DNA of 64,000 nt from Antedon mediterranea (taxonomy: Eukaryota > Animalia > Echinodermata). The notes below the pieces were generated by a model, which saw nothing but the letters and a program-made list of their open reading frames with translations, did not search any database and was not told where the DNA came from. Of this stretch, positions 40,126-53,500 are shown in pieces; position 1 is the stretch's first letter, and each line of letters starts with the position of its first letter. Both the position numbers and the translations under genes were made by a program. Location: NCBI RefSeq assembly GCF_964355755.1, contig NC_092678.1:10538352-10602351 (forward strand), read 5' to 3'.

Positions 40126-43100
40126 AAAACGTCTCCGAATGCGATTTGAAGCTCTTCTGTACACTTTGATGTTTTGTGTGAAAAAGTTTTCTCGAAATGC
40201 TAAAAATGGTCTAAAACGTTTTCCAATACCATATTAAGCTATTTTGTGCAATTTGATGTTTTTGTGTAACAAAGTTTTTTCGAAAATCACAAAATGGTCT
40301 AAAACGTCTCCAAATGCGATTTGAAGATATTCTGAGCACTTTGGTGTTTTTATGTTAAAAAGTTTTTTGGAAAATCACAAAATGGTATAAAACGACTCCA
40401 AATGCGATTTGAAGCTATCCTGTACACTTTGATGTTTTGTGTGAAAAAGTTTTGTCGAAATGCTCAAAATGATCTAAAACGTTTTTAAAACGATATTAAG
40501 CTATTTTGTGCTCTTTGATGTTTTTGTGTATCCAAGTTTCATCGAAACGAACAAAATGGTCTAAAACGTCTCCAAATGCGATTTGAAGGTATTCTGAGCA
40601 CTTTGGTGTTTTTGTGTGAAAAGTTTTAACGAAATGCTCAAAATGGTCTAAAACGGTTTCTAATGTGATTTTAACCACTTTGATGTTTTTGTGTAACCAA
40701 GTTCTTTTCGAAAATCACAAAATGGTCTAAAACGTCTCCAAATGCGATTTGAAGCTTTTCTAAGCACTTTGGTGTTTTTATGTTAAAAAGTTTTTTCGAA
40801 AATCACAAAATGGTCTAAAACGTCTCCAAATGCGATTTGAAGCTCTTCTGTACACTTTGATGTTTTGTGTGAAAAAGTTTTGTCGAAATGCTCAAAATGG
40901 TCTAAAACGTTTTTAAATACGATATTAAGCTGTTTTGTGCACTTTGATGATTTGTGTGAAAAGTTTTAACGAAATGTTCAAAATAGTCTAAAACGGTTTC
41001 TAATGTGATTTTAAGCACTTTGATGTTTTTGTGTAACCAAGTTTTTTCGGAAATCACAAAATGGTCTAAAACGTCTCAAAATGCGATTTGAAGCTTTTCT
41101 AAGCACTTTGGTGTTTTTATGTTAACAAGTTTTTTCGAAAATCACAAAATGGTCTAAAAAGTCTCAAAATGCGATTGAAGGTATTCTGAGCACTTTGGTG
41201 TTTTTGTGTGAAAAGTTTTAACGAAATGCTCAAAATGGTCTAAAACGGTTCTAATGTGATTTTAAGCACTTTGATGTTTTTGTATAACCAAGTTTCATCG
41301 AAATGCTCAAAATGATGTAAAACGTTTTTAAAACGATATTAAGCTATTTTGTGCTCTTTGATGTTTTTGTGTAACCAAGTTTTTTCGAAAATCACAAAAT
41401 GGTCTAAAACGTCTCCAAATGCGATTTGAAGCTTTTCTAAGCACTTTGGTGTTTTTATGTTAACAAGTTTTTTCGAAAATCACAAAATGGTCTAAAACGT
41501 CTCAAAATGCGATAAGGTATTCTGAGCACTTTGGTGTTTTTGTGTGAAAAGTTTTAACGAAATGCTCAAAATGGTCTAAAACGGTTTCTAATGTGATTTT
41601 AACCACTTTGATGTTTTTGTGTAACCAAGTTTTTTCGAAAATCACAAAATGGTCTAAAACGTCTCCAAATGCGATTTGAAGCTTTTCTAAGCACTTTGGT
41701 GTTTTTATGTTAACAAGTTTTTTCGAAAATCACAAAATGGTCTAAAACGTCTCAAATAGCTATTTGAAGCTATTCTGTACACTTTGATGTTTTGTGTTAA
41801 AAAAGTTTTGTCGAAATGCTCAAAATGGTCTAAAACGTTTTTAAAACGATATTAAGCTATTTTGTGCTCTTTGATGTTTTTGTGTAACCAAGTTTTATCG
41901 AAATGAACAAAATGGTCTAAAACGTCTCCAAATGCGATTTGAAGCTTTTCCAAGCACTTTGCTGTTTTTATGTTAACAAGTTTTTTCGAAAATCACAAAA
42001 TGGTCTAAAACATCTCCAAATGCGATTTGAAGATATTCTGAGCACTTTGGTGTTTTTATGTTAAAAAGTTTTTTCGAAAATCACAAAATGGTCTAGAACG
42101 TCTCCAAATGCGATTTGAAGCTCTTCTGTACACTTTGATGTTTTGTGTGAAAAAGTTTTGTCAAAATGCTCAAAATGGTCTAAAACGTTTTTAAAACGAT
42201 ATTAAGCTATTTTGTGCTCTTTGATGTTTTTGTATAACCAAGTTTTTTCGAAAATCACAAAATGGTCTAAAACGTCTCCAAATGCGATTTGAAGATATTC
42301 TGAGCACTTTGGTGTTTTTATGTTAAAAAGTTTTTTCGAAAATCACAAAATGGTCTAAAACGTCTCCAAATGCGATTTGAAGATATTCTGAGCACTTTGG
42401 TGTTTTTATGTTAAAAAGTTTTTTCGAAAATCACAAAATGGTCTAAAACGTCTCCAAATGCGATTTGAAGCTTTTCCAAGCACTTTGCTGTTTTTATGTT
42501 AACAATTTTTTTCGAAAATCATAAAATGGTCTAAAACGTCTCCAAATGCGATTTGAAGGTATTCTGAGCACTTTGGTGTTTTTGTGTGAAAAGTTTTAAC
42601 GAAATGCTCAAAATGGTCTAAAACGGTTCTAATGTGATTTTAAGCACTTTGATGTTTTTGTATAACCAAGTTTCATCGAAATGCACAAAATGGTCTAAAA
42701 CGTCTCCAAATGCGATTTAAAGCTATTCTAGACACTTTGATGTTTTGTGTGAAAAATTTTCTCGAAATGCTCAAAATGGTCTAAAACGTTTTCCAATACC
42801 ATATTAAGCTATTTTGTGCAATTTGATGTTTTTGTGTAACCAAGTTTTTTGAAATGCGATTTGAAGATATTCTGAGGACTTTGGTGTTTTTATGTTAAAA
42901 AGTTTTTTCGAAAATCACAAAATGGTCTAAAACGTCTCCAAATGCGATTTGAAGATATTCTGAGCACTTTGGTGTTTTTATGTTAAAAAGTTTTTTGGAA
43001 AATAACAAAATGGTCTAAAACGACTCCAAATGCGATTTGAAGCTATCCTGTACACTTTGATGTTTTGTGTGAAAAAGTTTTGTCGAAATGCTCAAAATGA

Positions 43101-45744
43101 TCTAAAACGTTTTTAAAACGATATTAAGCTATTTTGTGCTCTTTGATGTTTTTGTGTATCCAAGTTTCATCGAAATGAACAAAATGGTCTAAAACGTTTT
43201 TAAATACGATATTAAGCTGTTTTGTGCACTTTGATGATTTGTGTGAAAAGTTTTAACGAAATGCTCAAAATAGTCTAAAACGGTTTCTAATGTGATTTTA
43301 AGCACTTTGATGTTTTTGTGTAACCAAGTTTTATCGAAATGAACAAAATGGTCTAAAACGTCTCCAAATGCGATTTGAAGCTTTTCCAAGCACTTTGCTG
43401 TTTTTATATTAAGTTTTTTCGAAAATCACAAAATGGTCTAAAACGTCTCTAAATGCGATTTGAAGGTATTCTGAGCAATTTGGTGTTTTTGTGTGAAAAG
43501 TTTTAACGAAATGCTCAAAATTGTCTAAAACGGTTTCTAATGTGATTTTAAGCACTTTGATGTTTTTGTAAAACCAAGTTTCATCGAAATGCACAAAATG
43601 GTCTAAAACGTCTCCAAATGCGATTTGAAGCTATTCTGTACACTTTGATGTTTTGTGTGAAAAAAGTTTTGTCGAAATGCTCAAAATGGTCTAAAACGTT
43701 TTTAAAACGATATTAAGCTATTTTGTGCTCTTTGATGTTTTTGTGTAACCAAGTTTTATCGAAATGAACAAAATGGTCTAAAACGTCTCCAAATGCGATT
43801 TGAAGCTTTTCCAAGCACTTTGCTGTTTTTATGTTAACAGGTTTTTTCGAAAATCACAAAATGGTCTAAAACGTCTCAAAATGCGATTTGAAGGTATTCT
43901 GAGCACTTTGGTGTTTTTGTGTGAAAAGTTTTAACGAAATGCTCAAAATTGTCTAAAACGGTTTCTAATGTGATTTTAAGCACTTTGATGTTTTTGTAAA
44001 ACCAAGTTTCATCGAAATGCACAAAATGGTCTAAAATGTCTCCAAATGCGATTTGAAGCTTTTCCAAGCACTTTGCTGTTTTTATGTTAACAAGCTTTTT
44101 CGAAAATCACAAAATGGTCTAAAACGTCTCCAAATGTGATTTGAAGATATTCTGAGCACTTTGGTGTTTTTATGTTAAAAAGTTTTTTCGAAAATCACAA
44201 AATGGTCTAAAACGTCTCCAAATGCGATTTGAAGATATTCTGAGCACTTTGGTGTTTTTATGTTAAAAAGTTTTTTCGAAAATCACAAAATGGTCTAAAA
44301 CGTCTCCAAATGCGATTTGAAGCTATTCTGTACACTTTGATGTTTTGTGTGAAAAAGTTTTGTCGAAATGCTCAAAATGGTTTAAAACGTTTTTAAAACG
44401 ATATTAAGCTATTTTGTGCTCTTTGATGTTTTTGTATAACCAAGTTTCATCGAAATGCACAAAATGGTCTAAAACGTCTCCAAATACGATTTGAAGCTTT
44501 TCCAAGCACTTTGCTGTTTTTATGTTAACAAGTTTTTTCGAAAATCACAAAATTGTCTAAAACGTCTCAAAATGCGATTTGAATGTATTCTGAGCACTTT
44601 GGTGTTTTTGTGTGAAAAGTTTTAACGAAAAGCTCAAAATGGTCTAAAACGGTTCTAATGTGATTTTAAGCACTTTGATGTTTTTGTACAACCAAGTTTC
44701 ATCGAAATGCTCAAAATGGTCTAAAACGTTTTTAAAACGATATTAAGCTATTTTGTGCTCTTTGATGTTTTTGTGTAACCAAGTTTTTTTCGAAAATCAC
44801 AAAATGGTCTAAAACGTCTCCAAATGCGATTTGAAGCTTTTCTAAGCACTTTGGTGTTTTTATGTTAACAAGTTTTTTCGAAAATCGCAAAATGGTCTAA
44901 AACGTCTCAAAATGCGATTTGAAGGTATTCTGAGCACTTTGGTGTTTTTGTGTGAAAAGTTTTAACGAAATGCTCAAAATGGTCTAAAACGGTTTCTAAT
45001 GTGATTTTAACCACTTTGATGTTTTTGTGTAACCAAGTTCTTTTCGAAAATCACAAAATGGTCTAAAACGTCTCCAAATGCGATTTGAAGCTTTTCTAAG
45101 CACTTTGGTGTTTTTATGTTAACAAGTTTTTTCGAAAATCACAAAATGGTCTAAAACGTCTCAAAATGCGATTTGAAGGTATTCTGAGCACTTTGGTGTT
45201 TTTGTGTGAAAAGTTTTAACGAAATGCTCAAAATGGTCTAAAACGGTTTCTAATGTGATTTTAACCACTTTGATGTTTTTGTGTAACCAAGTTTTTTCGA
45301 AAATCACAAAATGGTCTAAAACGTCTCCAAATGCGATTTGAAGCTTTTCTAAGCACTTTGGTGTTTTTATGTTAACAAGTTTTTTCGAAAATCACAAAAT
45401 GGTCTAAAACGTCTCCAAATGCGATTTGAAGCTATTCTGTACACTTTGATGTTTTGTGTGAAAAAAGTTTTGTCGAAATGCTCAAAATGGTCTAAAACGT
45501 TTTTAAAACGATATTAAGCTATTTTGTGCTCTTTGATGTTTTTGTGTAACCAAGTTTTATCGAAATGAACAAAATGTTCTAAAACGTCTCCAAATGCGAT
45601 TTGAAGCTTTTCCAAGCACTTTGCTGTTTTTATGTTAAGTTTTTTCGAAAATCACAAAATGGTCTAAAACGTCTCTAAATGCGATTTGAAGGTATTCTGA
45701 GCACTTTGGTGTTTTTGTGTGAAAAGTTTTAACGAAATGCTCAA

Positions 45745-47690
45745 AATTGTCTAAAACGGTTTCTAATGTGATTTTAAGCACTTTGATGTTTTTGTAAAAC
45801 CAAGTTTCATCGAAATGCACAAAATGGTCTAAAACGTCTCCAAATGCGATTTGAAGATATTCTGAGGACTTTGGTGTTTTTATGTTAAAAAGTTTTTTCG
45901 AAAATCACAAAATGGTCTAAAACGTCTCCAAATGCGATTTGAAGATATTCTGAGCACTTTGGTGTTTTTATGTTAAAAAGTTTTTTCGAAAATCACAAAA
46001 TGGTCTAAAACGTCTCCAAATGCGATTTGAAGGTCTTCTGTACACTTTGATGTTTTGTGTGAAAAAGTTTTTTCAAAATGCTCAAAATGGTCTAAAACGT
46101 TTTTAAAACGATATTAAGCTATTTTGTGCTCTTTGATGTTTTTGTATAACCAAGTTTTTTCGAAAATCACAAAATGGTCTAAAACGTCTCCAAATGCGAT
46201 TTGAAGCTTTTCCAAGCACTTTGCTGTTTTTATGTTAACAAGTTTTTTCGAAAATCACAAAATGGTCTAAAACGTCTCAAAATACGATATTAAGCTGTTT
46301 TGTGCACTTTGATGATTTGTGTGAAAAGTTTTAACGAAATGCTCAAAATGGTCTAAAACGGTTTCTAATGTGATTTTAAGCACTTTGATGTTTTTATGTA
46401 GCCAAGTTTTTTCGAAAATCACAAAATGGTCAAAAACGTCTCCAAATGCGATTTGAAGCTTTTCTAAGCACTTTGGTTTTTTTATGTTAACAAGTTTTTT
46501 CGAAAATCACAAAATGGTCTAAAACGTCTTCAAATGCGATTTGAAGATATTCTGAGCACTTTGGTGTTTTTCTGTTAAAAAGTATTTTCGAAAATCACAA
46601 AATGGTCTAAAACGTCTCCAAATGCGATTTGAAGCTATTCTGTACACTTTGATGTTTTGTGTGAAAAAGTTTTGTCAAAATGCTCAAAATGGTCTAAAAC
46701 GTTTTTAAAACGATATTAAGCTATTTTGTGCTCTTTGATGTGTTTGTATAACCAAGTTTTTTCGAAAATCACAAAATGGTCTAAAACGTCTCCAAATGCG
46801 ATTTGAAGCTTTTCCAAGCACTTTGCTGTTTTTATGTTAACAATTTTTTTCGAAAATCATAAAATGGTCTAAAACGTCTCCAAATGCGATTTGAAGCTAT
46901 TCTGTACACTTTGATGTTTTGTGTGAAAAGTTTTGTCGAAATGCTCAAAATGGTCTAAAACGTTTTTAAAACGATATTAAGCTATTTTGTGCTCTTTGAT
47001 GTTTTTGTGTAACCAAGTTTCATCGAAATGAACAAAATGGTCTAAAACGTCTCCAAATGCGATTTGAAGCTTTTCTAAGCACTTTGGTGTTTTTATGTTA
47101 ACAAGTTTTTTCGAAAATCACAAAATGGTCTAAAACGTCTCCAAATGCGATTTGAAGCTTTTCTAAGCACTTTGGTGTTTTTATGTTAACAAGTTTTTTC
47201 GAAAATCACAAAATGGTCTAAAACGTCTCAAAATGCGATTTGAAGGTATTCTGAGCACTTTGGTGTTTTTGTGTGAAAAGTTTTAACGAAATGCTCAAAA
47301 TGGTCTAAAACGGTTTCTAATGTCATTTTAACCACTTTGATGTTTTTGTGTAACCAAGTTCTTTTCGAAAATCACAAAATGGTCTAAAACGTCTCCAAAT
47401 GCGATTTGAAGCTCTTCTGTACACTTTGATGTTTTGTGTGAAAAAGTTTTGTCGAAATGCTCAAAATGGTCTAAAACGTTTTTAAATACGATATTAAGCT
47501 GTTTTGTGCACTTTGATGATTTGTGTGAAAAGTTTTAACGAAATGCTCAAAATAGTCTATAACGGTTTCTAATGTGATTTTAAGCACTTTGATGTTTTTG
47601 TGTAATCAAGTTTTTTTGGAAATCACAAAATGGTCTAAAACGTCTCCAAATGCGATTTGAAGCTTTTCTAAGCACTTTGGTGTTTTTATG
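45745..47690 (+). repeat. ~2 kb copy of ~31730-33675 (offset 14,015)
   Basis: GATATTCTGAGGACT at 31841/45856 and TCTAATGTCATTT at 33301/47316. Confidence 0.85.
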
Positions 47691-50509
47691 TTAACAAGTT
47701 TTTTCGAAAATCACAAAATGGTCTAAAACGTCTCAAAATGCGATTTGAAGGTATTCTGAGCACTTTGGTGTTTTTGTGTGAAAAGTTTTAACGAAATTCT
47801 CAAAATGGTCTAAAACGGTTTCTAATGTGATTTTAACCACTTTGATGTTTTTGTGTAACCAAGTTTTTTCGAAAATCACAAAATGGTCTAAAACATCTCC
47901 AAATGCGATTTGAAGCTATTCTGTACACTTTGATGTTTTGTGTGAAAAAAGTTTTGTCGAAATGCTCAAAATGGTCTAAAACGTTTTTAAAACGATATTA
48001 AGCTATTTTATGCTCTTTGATGTTTTTGTGTAACCAAGTTTTTTCGAAAATCACAAAATTGTCTAAAACGTCTCCGAATGCGATTTGAAGCTCTTCTGTA
48101 CACTTTGATGTTTTGTGTGAAAAAGTTTTCTCGAAATGCTAAAAATGGTATAAAAACGTTTTCCAATACCATATTAAGCTATTTTGTGCAATTTGATGTT
48201 TTTGTGTAACCAAGTTTTTTCGAAAATCACAAAATTGTCTAAAACGTCTCCGAATGCGATTTGAAGCTCTTCTGTACACTTTGATGTTTTGTGTGAAAAA
48301 GTTTTTTCGAAATGCTAAAAATGGTCTAAAACGTTTTCCAATACCATATTAAGCTATTTTGTGCAATTTGATGTTTTTGTGTAACAAAGTTTTTTCGAAA
48401 ATCACAAAATGGTCTAAAACGTCTCCAAATGCGATTTGAAGATATTCTGAGCACTTTGGTGTTTTTATGTTAAAAAGTTTTTTGGAAAATCACAAAATGG
48501 TCTAAAACGACTCCAAATGCGATTTGAAGCTATCCTGTACACTTTGATGTTTTGTGTGAAAAAGTTTTGTCGAAATGCTCAAAATGATCTAAAACGTTTT
48601 TAAAACGATATTAAGCTATTTTGTGCTCTTTGATGTTTTTGTGTATCCAAGTTTCATCGAAATGAACAAAATGGTCTAAAACGTCTCCAAATGCGATTTG
48701 AAGGTATTCTGAGCACTTTGGTGTTTTTGTGTGAAAAGTTTTAACGAAATGCTCAAAATGGTCTAAAACGGTTTCTAATGTGATTTTAACCACTTTGATG
48801 TTTTTGTGTAACCAAGTTCTTTTCGAAAATCACAAAATGGTCTAAAACGTCCCCAAATGCGATTTGAAGCTTTTCTAAGCACTTTGGTGTTTTTATGTTA
48901 AAAAGTTTTTTCGAAAATCACAAAATGGTCTAAAACGTCTCCAAATGCGATTTGAAGCTCTTCTGTACACTTTGATGTTTTGTGTGAAAAAGTTTTGTCG
49001 AAATGCTCAAAATGGTCTAAAACGTTTTTAAATACGATATTAAGCTGTTTTGTGCACTTTGATGATTTGTGTGAAAAGTTTTAACGAAATGTTCAAAATA
49101 GTCTAAAACGGTTTCTAATGTGATTTTAAGCACTTTGATGTTTTTGTGTAACCAAGTTTTTTCGGAAATCACAAAATGGTCTAAAACGTCTCAAAATGCG
49201 ATTTGAAGCTTTTCTAAGCACTTTGGTGTTTTTATGTTAACAAGTTTTTTCGAAAATCACAAAATGGTCTAAAACGTCTCAAAATGCGATTGAAGGTATT
49301 CTGAGCACTTTGGTGTTTTTGTGTGAAAAGTTTTAACGAAATGCTCAAAATGGTCTAAAACGGTTCTAATGTGATTTTAAGCACTTTGATGTTTTTGTAT
49401 AACCAAGTTTCATCGAAATGCTCAAAATGATGTAAAACGTTTTTAAAACGATATTAAGCTATTTTGTGCTCTTTGATGTTTTTGTGTAACCAAGTTTTTT
49501 CGAAAATCACAAAATGGTCTAAAACGTCTCCAAATGCGATTTGAAGCTTTTCTAAGCACTTTGGTGTTTTTATGTTAACAAGTTTTTTCGAAAATCACAA
49601 AATGGTCTAAAACGTCTCAAAATGCGATTTGAAGGTATTCTGAGCACTTTGGTGTTTTTGTGTGAAAAGTTTTAACGAAATGCTCAAAATGGTCTAAAAC
49701 GGTTTCTAATGTGATTTTAACCACTTTGATGTTTTTGTGTAACCAAGTTTTTTCGAAACTCACAAAATGGTCTAAAACGTCTCCAAATGCGATTTGAAGC
49801 TTTTCTAAGCACTTTGGTGTTTTTATGTTAACAAGTTTTTTCGAAAATCACAAAATGGTCTAAAACGTCTCAAATAGCGATTTGAAGCTATTCTGTACAC
49901 TTTGATGTTTTGTGTGAAAAAAGTTTTGTCGAAATGCTCAAAATGGTCTAAAACGTTTTTAAAACGATATTAAGCTATTTTATGCTCTTTGATGTTTTTG
50001 TGTAACCAAGTTTTTTCGAAAATCACAAAATTGTCTAAAACGTCTCCGAATGCGATTTGAAGCTCTTCTGTATACTTTGATGTTTTGTGTGAAAAAGTTT
50101 TCTCGAAATGCTAAAAATGGTATAAAAACGTTTTCCAATACCATATTAAGCTATTTTGTGCAATTTGATGTTTTTGTGTAACCAAGTTTTTTCGAAAATC
50201 ACAAAATTGTCTAAAACGTCTCCGAATGCGATTTGAAGCTCTTCTGTACACTTTGATGTTTTGTGTGAAAAAGTTTTTTCGAAATGCTAAAAATGGTCTA
50301 AAACGTTTTCCAATACCATATTAAGCTATTTTGTGCAATTTGATGTTTTTGTGTAACAAAGTTTTTTCGAAAATCACAAAATGGTCTAAAACGTCTCCAA
50401 ATGCGATTTGAAGATATTCTGAGCACTTTGGTGTTTTTATGTTAAAAAGTTTTTTGGAAAATCACAAAATGGTCTAAAACGACTCCAAATGCGATTTGAA
50501 GCTATCCTG

Positions 50510-53500
50510 TACACTTTGATGTTTTGTGTGAAAAAGTTTTGTCGAAATGCTCAAAATGGTCTAAAACGTTTTTAAATACGATATTAAGCTGTTTTGTGCA
50601 CTTTGATGATTTGTGTGAAAAGTTTTAACGAAATGTTCAAAATAGTCTAAAACGGTTTCTAATGTGATTTTAAGCACTTTGATGTTTTTGTGTAACCAAG
50701 TTTTTTCGGAAATCACAAAATGGTCTAAAACGTCTCAAAATGCGATTTGAAGCTTTTCTAAGCACTTTGGTGTTTTTATGTTAACAAGTTTTTTCGAAAA
50801 TCACAAAATGGTCTAAAACGTCTCAAAATGCGATTGAAGGTATTCTGAGCACTTTGGTGTTTTTGTGTGAAAAGTTTTAACGAAATGCTCAAAATGGTCT
50901 AAAACGGTTCTAATGTGATTTTAAGCACTTTGATGTTTTTGTATAACCAAGTTTCATCGAAATGCTCAAAATGATGTAAAACGTTTTTAAAACGATATTA
51001 AGCTATTTTGTGCTCTTTGATGTTTTTGTGTAACCAAGTTTTTTCGAAAATCACAAAATGGTCTAAAACGTCTCCAAATGCGATTTGAAGCTTTTCTAAG
51101 CACTTTGGTGTTTTTATGTTAACAAGTTTTTTCGAAAATCACAAAATGGTCTAAAACGTCTCAAAATGCGATTTGAAGGTATTCTGAGCACTTTGGTGTT
51201 TTTGTGTGAAAAGTTTTAACGAAATGCTCAAAATGGTCTAAAACGGTTTCTAATGTGATTTTAACCACTTTGATGTTTTTGTGTAACCAAGTTTTTTTCG
51301 AAAATCACAAAATGGTCTAAAACGTCTCCAAATGCGATTTGAAGCTTTTCTAAGCACTTTGGTGTTTTTATGTTAACAAGTTTTTTCGAAAATCACAAAA
51401 TGGTCTAAAACGTCTCAAATAGCGATTTGAAGCTATTCTGTACACTTTGATGTTTTGTGTTAAAAAAGTTTTGTCGAAATGCTCAAAATGGTCTAAAACG
51501 TTTTTAAAACGATATTAAGCTATTTTGTGCTCTTTGATGTTTTTGTGTAACCAAGTTTTATCGAAATGAACAAAATGGTCTAAAACGTCTCCAAATGCGA
51601 TTTGAAGCTTTTCCAAGCACTTTGCTGTTTTTATGTTAACAAGTTTTTTCGAAAATCACAAAATGGTCTAAAACATCTCCAAATGCGATTTGAAGATATT
51701 CTGAGCACTTTGGTGTTTTTATGTTAAAAAGTTTTTTCGAAAATCACAAAATGGTCTAGAACGTCTCCAAATGCGATTTGAAGCTCTTCTGTACACTTTG
51801 ATGTTTTGTGTGAAAAAGTTTTGTCAAAATGCTCAAAATGGTCTAAAACGTTTTTAAAACGATATTAAGCTATTTTGTGCTCTTTGATGTTTTTGTATAA
51901 CCAAGTTTTTTCGAAAATCACAAAATGGTCTAAAACGTCTCCAAATGCGATTTGAAGATATTCTGAGCACTTTGGTGTTTTTATGTTAAAAAGTTTTTTC
52001 GAAAATCACAAAATGGTCTAAAACGTCTCCAAATGCGATTTGAAGATATTCTGAGCACTTTGGTGTTTTTATGTTAAAAAGTTTTTTCGAAAATCACAAA
52101 ATGGTCTAAAACGTCTCCAAATGCGATTTGAAGCTATTCTATACACTTTGATGTTTTGTGTTAAAAAGTTTTGTCGAAATGCTCAAAATGGTTTAAAACG
52201 TTTTTAAAACGATATTAAGCTATTTTGTGCTCTTTGATGTTTTTGTGTAACCAAGTTTCATCGAAATGAACAAAATGGTCTAAAACGTCTCCAAATGCGA
52301 TTTGAAGCTTTTCCAAGCACTTTGCTGTTTTTATGTTAACAAGTTTTTTCTAAAATCACAAAATTGTCTAAAACGTCTCAAAATGCGATTTGAAGGTATT
52401 CTGAGCACTTTGGTGTTTTTGTGTGAAAAGTTTTAACGAAAAGCTCAAAATGGTCTAAAACGGTTCTAATGTGATTTTAAGCACTTTGATGTTTTTGTAC
52501 AACCAAGTTTCATCGAAATGCTCAAAATGGTCTAAAACGTTTTTAAAACGATATTAAGCTATTTTGTGCTCTTTGATGTTTTTGTGTAACCAAGTTTTTT
52601 CGAAAATCACAAAATGGTCTAAAACGTCTCCAAATGCGATTTGAAGCTTTTCTAAGCACTTTGGTGTTTTTATGTTAACAAGTTTTTTCGAAAATCACAA
52701 AATGGTCTAAAACGTCTCAAAATGCGATTTGAAGGTATTCTGAGCACTTTGGTGTTTTTGTGTGAAAAGTTTTAACGAAATGCTCAAAATGGTCTAAAAC
52801 GGTTTCTAATGTGATTTTAACCACTTTGATGTTTTGGTGTAACCAAGTTTTTTCGAAAATCACAAAATGGTCTAAAACGTCTCCAAATGCGATTTGAAGC
52901 TTTTCTAAGCACTTTGGTGTTTTTATGTTAACAAGTTTTTTCGAAAATCACAAAATGGTCTAAAACGTCTCCAAATGCGATTTGAAGATATTCTGAGCAC
53001 TTTGGTGTTTTTCTGTTAAAAAGTAATTTCGAAAATCACAAAATGGTCTAAAACGTCTCCAAATGCAATTTGAAGCTATTCTGTACACTTTGATGTTTTG
53101 TGTGAAAAAGTTTTGTCAAAATGCTCAAAATGGTCTAAAACGTTTTTAAAACGATATTAAGCTATTTTGTGCTCTTTGATGTTTTTGTATAACCAAGTTT
53201 TTTCGAAAATCACAAAATCGTCTAAAACGTCTCCAAATGCGATTTGAAGCTTTTCTAAACACTTTGGTGTTTTTATGTTAACAAGTTTTTTCGAAAATCA
53301 CAAAATGGTCTAAAACGTCTCCAAATCCGATTTGAAGCTATTCTGTACACTTTGATGTTTTGTGTGAAAAAGTTTTGTCGAAATGCTCAAAATGGTCTAA
53401 AACGTTTTTAAAACGATATTAAGCTATTTTGTGCTCTTTGATGTTTTTTTGTAACCAAGTTTCATCGATATGAACAAAATGGTCTAAAACGTCTCAAAAT

